Positions 40,555 through 47,707 of a stretch of 47,707 nucleotides of DNA are shown here, one piece after another. The position numbers and the translations under genes are program-made. A model generated the notes under the pieces. That model had not been told where the DNA came from and made no database searches. It worked only from the letters and a program-made list of their open reading frames with translations. Source of the DNA: Tubiluchus corallicola (taxonomy: Eukaryota; Animalia; Priapulida). The stretch lies in assembly GCA_030141605.1 (NCBI GenBank), contig JAQGDQ010001316.1, positions 1 to 47,707 of the forward strand. Reading direction: 5' to 3'. The first letter of the stretch is position 1; each line of letters begins with the position of its first letter.

Positions 40555-42077
40555 TGTGCAATGCTTGTACTGGCATAAGGCAATGCTTGTACTGGCACAG
40601 TGCAAGGCTTGTATTGGCATAGTGTAAAGCTTATGCTGCAATAGTGCAATGCTTGTAATGGCATAGTGCAAGGCTTGTATTGGCATAGTGCAAGGCTTGT
40701 AATGACATAGTGCAATACTTGTACTGGCATTGCCCAGTGCTTGTACTGGCATAGTGCAATACTTGTACTGGCATTGTCCAGTGCTTGTACTGGCATAGTG
40801 CAATACTTGTACTGGCATTGTCCAGCGCTTGTACTGGCATAGTGCAATGCTTGTACTGGCATAGTGCAATGCTTATACTGGCATAGTGCAATGCTTGTGC
40901 TGGCATTGTCCAGTGCTTGTACTGGTATAGTGCAATACTTGTACTGGCATTGTCCAGTGCTTGTACTGGCATAGTGCAATACTTGTACTGGCATTGTCCA
41001 GTGCTTGTACTGGCATAGTGCAATACTTGTACTGGCATTGTCCAGCGCTTGTGCTGGCATAGTGCAATACTTGTACTGGCATTGTACAGTGCTTGTGCTG
41101 GCATTGTCCAGTGCTTATACTGGCATAGTGCAATGCTTGTGCTGGCATTGTCCAGTGCTTGTACTGGCATAGTACAATACTTGTACTGGCATTGTACAGT
41201 GCTTGTGCTGGCATTGTCCAGTGCTTATACTGGCATAGTGCAATGCTTGTGCTGGCATTGTCCAGTGCTTGTACTGGCATAGTGCAATACTTATACTGGC
41301 ATTGTCCAGTGCTTGTACTGGCATAGTGCAATACTTGTACTGGCATTGTCCAGTGCTTGTACTGGCATAGTGCAATACTTGTACTGGCATTGTCCAGCGC
41401 TTGTACTGGCATTGTCCAGCGCTTGTACTGGCATAGTGCAATACTTGTACTGGCATTGTCCAGTGCTTGTACTGGCATAGTGCAATACTTGTACTGGCAT
41501 AGTGCAATACTTGTACTGGCATTGTACAGTGCTTGTACTGGCATTGTCCAGCGCTTGTACTGGCATAGTGCAATACTTGTACTGGCATTGTCCAGCGCTT
41601 GTACTGGCATAGTGCAATACTTGTACTGGCATTGTACAGTGCTTGTGCTGGCATTGTCCAGTGCTTATACTGGCATAGTGCAATGCTTGTGCTGGCATTG
41701 TCCAGTGCTTGTACTGGCATAGTACAATACTTGTACTGGCATTGTACAGTGCTTGTGCTGGCATTGTCCAGTGCTTATACTGGCATAGTGCAATGCTTGT
41801 GCTGGCATTGTCCAGTGCTTGTACAGGCATAGTGCAATACTTATACTGGCATTGTCCAGTGCTTGTACTGGCATAGTGCAATACTTATACTGGCATTGTC
41901 CAGTGCTTGTACTGGCATAGTGCAATACTTGTACTGGCATTGTCCAGTGCTTGTACTGGCATAGTGCAATGCTTGTACTGGCATTGTCCAGCGCTTGTAC
42001 TGGCATAGTGCAATACTTGTACTGGCATTGTCCAGTGCTTGTACTGGCATTGTCCAGTGCTTGTACTGGCATAGTGT
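40555..42077 (-). repeat. 22-bp minisatellite, inverted, ~69 copies, largely organised as a 44-bp dimer
   Basis: Alternating gcatagtgcaatacttgtactg / gcattgtccagtgcttgtactg units. Confidence 0.97.
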
Positions 42078-42939
42078 CACATACCAAATACATTACAGTT
42101 CTACTATACACGGTTTACAAAGAAAATAACCAAATTAAAACTTCATTTCAACTCCCTAATTTAAGACACTCTCTTCACACTTGTTGCTTACTATTCAGTC
42201 ATGTTTGAGACCTGAAAGCAGCTAAACTAACCCTGAAATCACATGTATTCGAGCATGTGTGAGCATGTCTGTGTAATACATGTATAGAGAAAGTCGAAAT
42301 CATCTCCAGCCAAAGACATAACGTCCAGTTTAACACGTTAGAAGCTTTCCTATTTCGGGCATGCGCAGTTTGACTAGGAGGAACATAATTACTAAACGCT
42401 GTGAACTCGCAGGTCTTACGGTTATCTTGTTTGACAGTGAAATTGTCAAGAGAGTAAAATTCACAAATTGTTTTACTGATGAACAGAATGTAGTTCGACA
42501 AAATGACGCTAGGGAGCAGCAGCTGCGAATCAGCGAAACGAACGAACACGAGTTAAGGCATTCATTGCTTTTGTTCTCAACATTCAAATGTAGCAACTAT
42601 ATGATCTGTGTTTAAACAAGATTAGTTCTTAAACTTCACTGTAAAAAACCCTATAATTGGATACACTGTATAAGTGAACAACCCTGTGACTGGACACATG
42701 TTCTATATTTAGTCTTTTATCTACAGTCAAAATGTTTTACCAACCAATGAATAACTTACAGTCATCTATCCAATTACTAAAATATCGAGTTATGCAGAAC
42801 TTCCCGAAACCTGATTTTTACAGTACGTAAATATACCAATTGAAAAGCTTATAGAACGCTTTCCACGTGTTTACTAAGGATGCTAAAAGTGACTGATCTC
42901 AACAAAGTTACGAATAGAGTTGAGTCGATACACATTTAA

Positions 42940-43500
42940 AGCAAAGCAGGATGATTTTTTATATCCTACCCCATTTTGACGTACGGCAAAATGTATACAC
43001 TTAACTTGCATAACATATATAACTTACATAATTGTATACGGCCGGCGAACGCAACTAGTGATGACGTCACAAACGAACATAATTTTCAACAACGCAAACA
43101 TTTCAGGAGCGTGTTGCACGTGTTTGTGAAAGCGCTACTGTACAACATTTAGTGTAGTATACAAAAACTCGACAAATTTTAAGATAAGAATTGGAATATT
43201 AAATGCACCGCTCTGCTCACGCAGCTCTCAAACGAGTATATTACGTCACAAACGAGCAGCACTGAAACGAGGGGTACAGCACCTGTTTTCCATGCAACAC
43301 GTTTCCAACATGCAGGCGCTAGTGCCCATCTAACTAAACGCATGTAAAAGCGAAGAACTAGTGGTGCAAACGTGAAATTGTGTTTGTGTGACAATAATTC
43401 TTTCACGTAAGACATTTTTGAAAATATAATGTGTTTCCTTTCAATGTTTTATAGAGTAGATTGTTTTGACGTACAGTTTAAGATTGGCTCTGCTTTTGCT
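42940..43500 (-). mobile_element. Full-length diverged Kolobok-like MITE (family A), ~560 bp
   Basis: ttaa|agcaaagcag ... ctgcttttgct|ttca, with ~10-bp TIRs and one degenerate target copy. Reverse complement is colinear with 43921-44526. Confidence 0.75.
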
Positions 43501-43920
43501 TTCACTATTTTACAATTTGGATAGCATATCTATGTACCTGTGTCTACACCAGAAGATACAGTGAGCGAAAAAAAACGAAGGATGCCTACGCCCGGCGGCC
43601 ATTTTAGCGCATGTACCTCGTCTTGCGATTAAGTCAAAACAATCCACCTATCGGCAGGCTCATAAAACAAAATTAGGGCATCAGTTTAACGACATGATCA
43701 CCTATTAGTGGGTAATTACGCCTAGTCAAAAACCACTTTGCTCCGTCCCCGGGGTGGTCTCAACACCTATGCACGCCATGATTGATGACAAAAACTTGCA
43801 AAAAACTTGTAAATGGAATTCTTTGTAGCATTGCCGAAAGTCTGAGTATGGTTGCTATGGAAACGAGGCGGTTATAGGACGAACACCTTGTACTCTTGAG
43901 TAAAGCTAAATTTCTTTTAA

Positions 43921-44526
43921 AGCAAATTCAGACCCGATCTTAACTGTAGGTCAAAATAATCTACTCTTTAAAAATTTTGAAAGCAAACATACTTTTTCAA
44001 AAATGACTTCCGTGAAAGAATTATTTTCACAATTTCTCTCGCGCCACTAAATCTTCTCTGTTACATGCACTTCACCATTCGCTAGTTAGACGGGCATAAG
44101 CACCTGCATTTTGGAAATGCTTTGCACAAAAAACAAGTGCTGTACCTCTCATTTCAGATGTGTTAGTTTCTGACAAACTATACACGTTCGACAGCTCATG
44201 CGTGAGCACAGCAGCAAATATGAAATTCGAATTTTTATCTTTAAACTTGCCAAATTTTAGTAGAACACAGTGAATATCTTACAGTAGCACTGTACTTCAA
44301 TTTTCGCTTTCGCAAACACATGCAACGCGTTAATGGAATATTTTTGCCGTTGAAGATTATGTTAGTTTGTGATGTCATCAACAGCTGGGCTCGTCCACCG
44401 TTAATTAAGTTTTTAATCTATTATTTATTTATCAGAAACGCTTTTGCAGTATTAATCGTGTTAAAATGTATACGATTTGCCGAACTTGAAAACGGGATAA
44501 TATATGAAAAATCATCTTGTCTTCCT
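43921..44526 (+). mobile_element. Full-length Kolobok-like MITE (family A), ~606 bp, with an extra right terminus at ~44627-44656
   Basis: ttaa|agcaaattcag ... tcttgtcttcct|tgaa. Homologous to 2841-3226 and 1080-1336. A second aaaaatcatcttgtcttcct|ttaa lies 126 bp downstream. Confidence 0.78.
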
Positions 44527-45286
44527 TGAAATGATTACTCTACTTAGCAGACCCTGCTGTTAAGACTAACCAGAGGAAATCAGAAGGCTTGAGTTCGTTT
44601 CCTAGTGAGTGATATAAATGAGGCATCATATAAAAAATCATCTTGTCTTCCTTTAAATTGGGCGCTTCAAACTGTTTTTTGCGAATACAGTTGCAAAAAA
44701 CTAGAAAATATTGATAACAGTGATGTTAGACAAGTTATGTTTTCAAATTAGAGCCTTTTCAATTTGATTTTGACGATTTGGAGATTTTGCTAGAGAAACG
44801 GTCTCACACTAAACGCAAACTGAAAACACAAACTTATGTTACTGTGACACAATAATGGCCAGAGATCGTCCCCCTAGCGGCGAGTGCTGAACGTTCAAGT
44901 TCGATACGAAGCTAAAATTATTAATTCGAATGACTCATCACTTGAATTAGATACGTTCTTTGTAATCAAAATGTTTAAAGCATCATGTTTGCAATCAAGA
45001 AAATTATCAGCTATTTCCGTGCATAATGTTTAAGCAAGTTATTCGTGTTTTTACAGCAGAAGAAAATCAAGTAATGTTTGCGAGATCGGTTTTAATAATT
45101 CGAAAATTTATTCGAAAATGTTTAAGACTCGATTCGAAATCTTGAAATTCGGTTTGATTCGAGTTTGAAAGGCAAAAATTCCATTCGATACGAAATCGCT
45201 TTCTGATAAAGAATGCCCACCCCTTAATCCTACCCTTAAAACTCTCCTAAATTAATCCTGGCAAGTTCAGTATAATCGTCGTAAAA

Positions 45287-45309
45287 TCATCATCATTATC
45301 ATCATCATC

Positions 45310-45365
<56 letters not shown>

Positions 45366-45429
45366 TATCATCATCATCATCATCATCATTACCACCATCG
45401 TCATCATCATTATCATATCCACCACCACC

Positions 45430-45463
<34 letters not shown>

Positions 45464-45566
45464 TTATTATTACCACCATCATCATCATCATCATCATCAT
45501 CAGTACCATCATCATTACCATCGTCATTACCACCATCATTACCATCATCATTACCATCATCGTTAC

Positions 45567-45608
<42 letters not shown>

Positions 45609-45615
45609 TATCATT
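45287..45615 (+). repeat. (CAT)n tract
   Basis: Direct reading. Confidence 0.97.
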
Positions 45616-45807
45616 AATGGCTTCTGTCATTCCTCTGTTTAGCAAAAATGAATGAAAATGATGGTTATTAAGCTAAAAAATTGCGATCCAGTTTTTAATT
45701 CTTTAATTATTTATTCTTATTTATCGAGGATAACGAGGCTTAACTTTCAAAAACTGAATTTAGTACTTGCACACTAAAAGTGAAAAATACATGTTTAATT
45801 AACTTAC

Positions 45808-46055
45808 CTGTATAAAATAAAAAGAAGTCCACAGGTTGTCAGAATGAGGAACACAGCTGCAGCAACAGTCACACTAATATACATCACAATTTTTGATTCT
45901 TGCTCATCATTGCCCGCCACCTCTTGAATTCCACATGGCAGCGGCGGAGAATCTTCTGGGAAGAGGCAAAAAATGTCTGGCGGAGGAGGTAGATCAAACT
46001 TGGGAGGCGGCGGAAGATTTAGGCACTCATCATTACACCAAGCGTCATCCTCCAT
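45808..46055 (-). CDS. First identified coding exon of the membrane protein: Pro/Cys-rich N-terminus plus transmembrane helix
   Basis: Acceptor tttattttag|G at 46061, ATG at 46055. Hydrophobic stretch IVMYISVTVAAAVFLILTTCGLLFILY. Donor AG|gtaagt in phase 2. The 6 nt before the ATG are in frame, so an upstream coding exon cannot be excluded. Confidence 0.85.
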
Positions 46056-46759
46056 CGTATCCTAAAATAAAGCAGCAGAAACTACGTATAATGTGATAAT
46101 GCTGGTGCTCCGCAGGGCTCATTTTTGGGACCGTCATTAGTTGCTTTATCTATAAATTAAAACGCCTAGCATGGATAAAGTGCGTCGCTTGGTTACTGAT
46201 GATGCGGGTAACATGAAAAAAGATCAATCTTGCCCGAGGGAACACATAAATTATAGTCAAACTGTCTGTCATATTACATGTATTATACAAGTTGTATTAT
46301 ACAAGTCAATTATTATGTAATGGGGGTTTAAAAATGAAGCTAAACAACTTTTTCTATATAACGATTATCAGGTCTAAGTAAGGTAAGTTTTACTTTCGCA
46401 AAATGATATTTTATAAACTTTTAGTTACATGAGAGGCAACTCATATAACCTAATACTGAAGTCTAGAACGCATGCGTGGAAATCATACACTGAACTTTTT
46501 TACGAACTCTGCCACGCCGCCTCATTAAAAATGCAAGGCGATGGGCTATTTGTCAAATTAATGATGATTAAATTAGACAATCTGTAATTCTACATCTGCC
46601 CAAGAGATGCTAATGGGGCGGACCTAGCAAACTTAAAGAGGGTGCAGCTTTTCAGCAGTTATTCTTTTAAACCAGATCTGCAACTCAATATAAAGCATAG
46701 GAACGTCTGCAATATAGCTGAAAAAACGATAGCAATTGAAAGCCATGAAAATGAAAATA

Positions 46760-46851
46760 ATGATGATGACGATGGAGATCATGAGGATGATTATGCTGAT
46801 GACGATGGTGATCATGAGGATGATTATGATGATGACGATGATGATGATGAC

Positions 46852-46914
<63 letters not shown>

Positions 46915-46930
46915 CTTATGATGAGGATGA
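46760..46930 (+). repeat. (GAT)n tract, complementary to 45287-45615
   Basis: Direct reading. Confidence 0.97.
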
Positions 46931-47353
46931 CGACAACAATATGGAAATTGGGTATTCAGAAATTTACTAATTATTCACAATAGAAAAGTTAAAAAACGAA
47001 AAGGAGTACGAATAAAGATATAACATTTTTTAATCACAGAATCAAGTTTTTGAATAATCTGTGTTGCTGTGGAACTGCTATCTCAAGAAAAATAAAAGCG
47101 CAGCAAATTATAGTGTAAAAACTTGAATAATATGTCAATGCAATAAAAGAAATAAAAACCGTTATAGGTGTACAATAAACTACAGAGTGCGTAATAAACA
47201 ACTAATATTATATTGCACACTCGAACATAAACAAGCAGTAAAAAGTCCATAAAAAGAACTCGGGGAACAGTAATTATCCGTTTTTCTAGCTTAGCAAATG
47301 GCTGTTATCAGTGCTTTAATCTCCACTGGCTTACAAACCACAAAAACCCTGAT

Positions 47354-47660
47354 AATAGTCAAGCCACCACAAACAGTTATCAAGTTTCATATGCATTACG
47401 TCATCGTGAGAACTTATGAACTTCCTTCAAACGGCTTCAATAGTCAAGCCACCACAAACACTTATCAAGTTTCATATGCATTACGTCATCGTGACAACTT
47501 ATGAACTTCCTTCAAACGGCTTCAATAGTCAAGCCACCACAAACAGTTATCAAGTTTCATATGCATTACGTCATCGTGACAACTTATGAACTTCCTTCAA
47601 ACGGCTTCAATAATCAAACCACCACAAACAGTTATCAAATTCCATATGCATTACGTCATC
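47354..47660 (+). repeat. 85-bp tandem repeat, ~3.6 copies, each with ATTACGTCAT
   Basis: Unit starts at 47354, 47439, 47524, 47609. Confidence 0.93.
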
Positions 47661-47707
47661 CTTGCTATAACTGATAATTTCGTTCTTTGTGTCTAACACG
47701 CCCGCAA

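Overview
AT-rich eukaryotic (probably invertebrate animal) genomic DNA dominated by microsatellites, minisatellites and non-autonomous DNA-transposon remnants. Nearly all ORFs in the supplied track are repeat artefacts. Two real gene structures can be read, both on the minus strand. (1) A three-coding-exon gene (46055-45808, 28707-28608, 28243-27281) that splices in frame with GT-AG junctions into a ~436-aa single-pass membrane protein. It has a Pro/Cys N-terminus, a Tyr-motif-rich low-complexity tail and a C-terminal PDZ-type end (-KAYV). (2) The first exon of a secreted or surface protein (8049-7965, signal peptide) under a TATA+Inr promoter with CRE and E-box sites. Two structural themes stand out. 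First, tandem arrays are built from the TTAA-flanked termini of Kolobok-like MITEs, including a >2.3-kb palindrome of 102-bp units at the window start. Second, the 17-kb intron and exon flanks of the membrane-protein gene carry repeated mutually complementary (inverted) repeat pairs that could fold the pre-mRNA. Coordinates and copy numbers were read by eye, and repeat boundaries are approximate.
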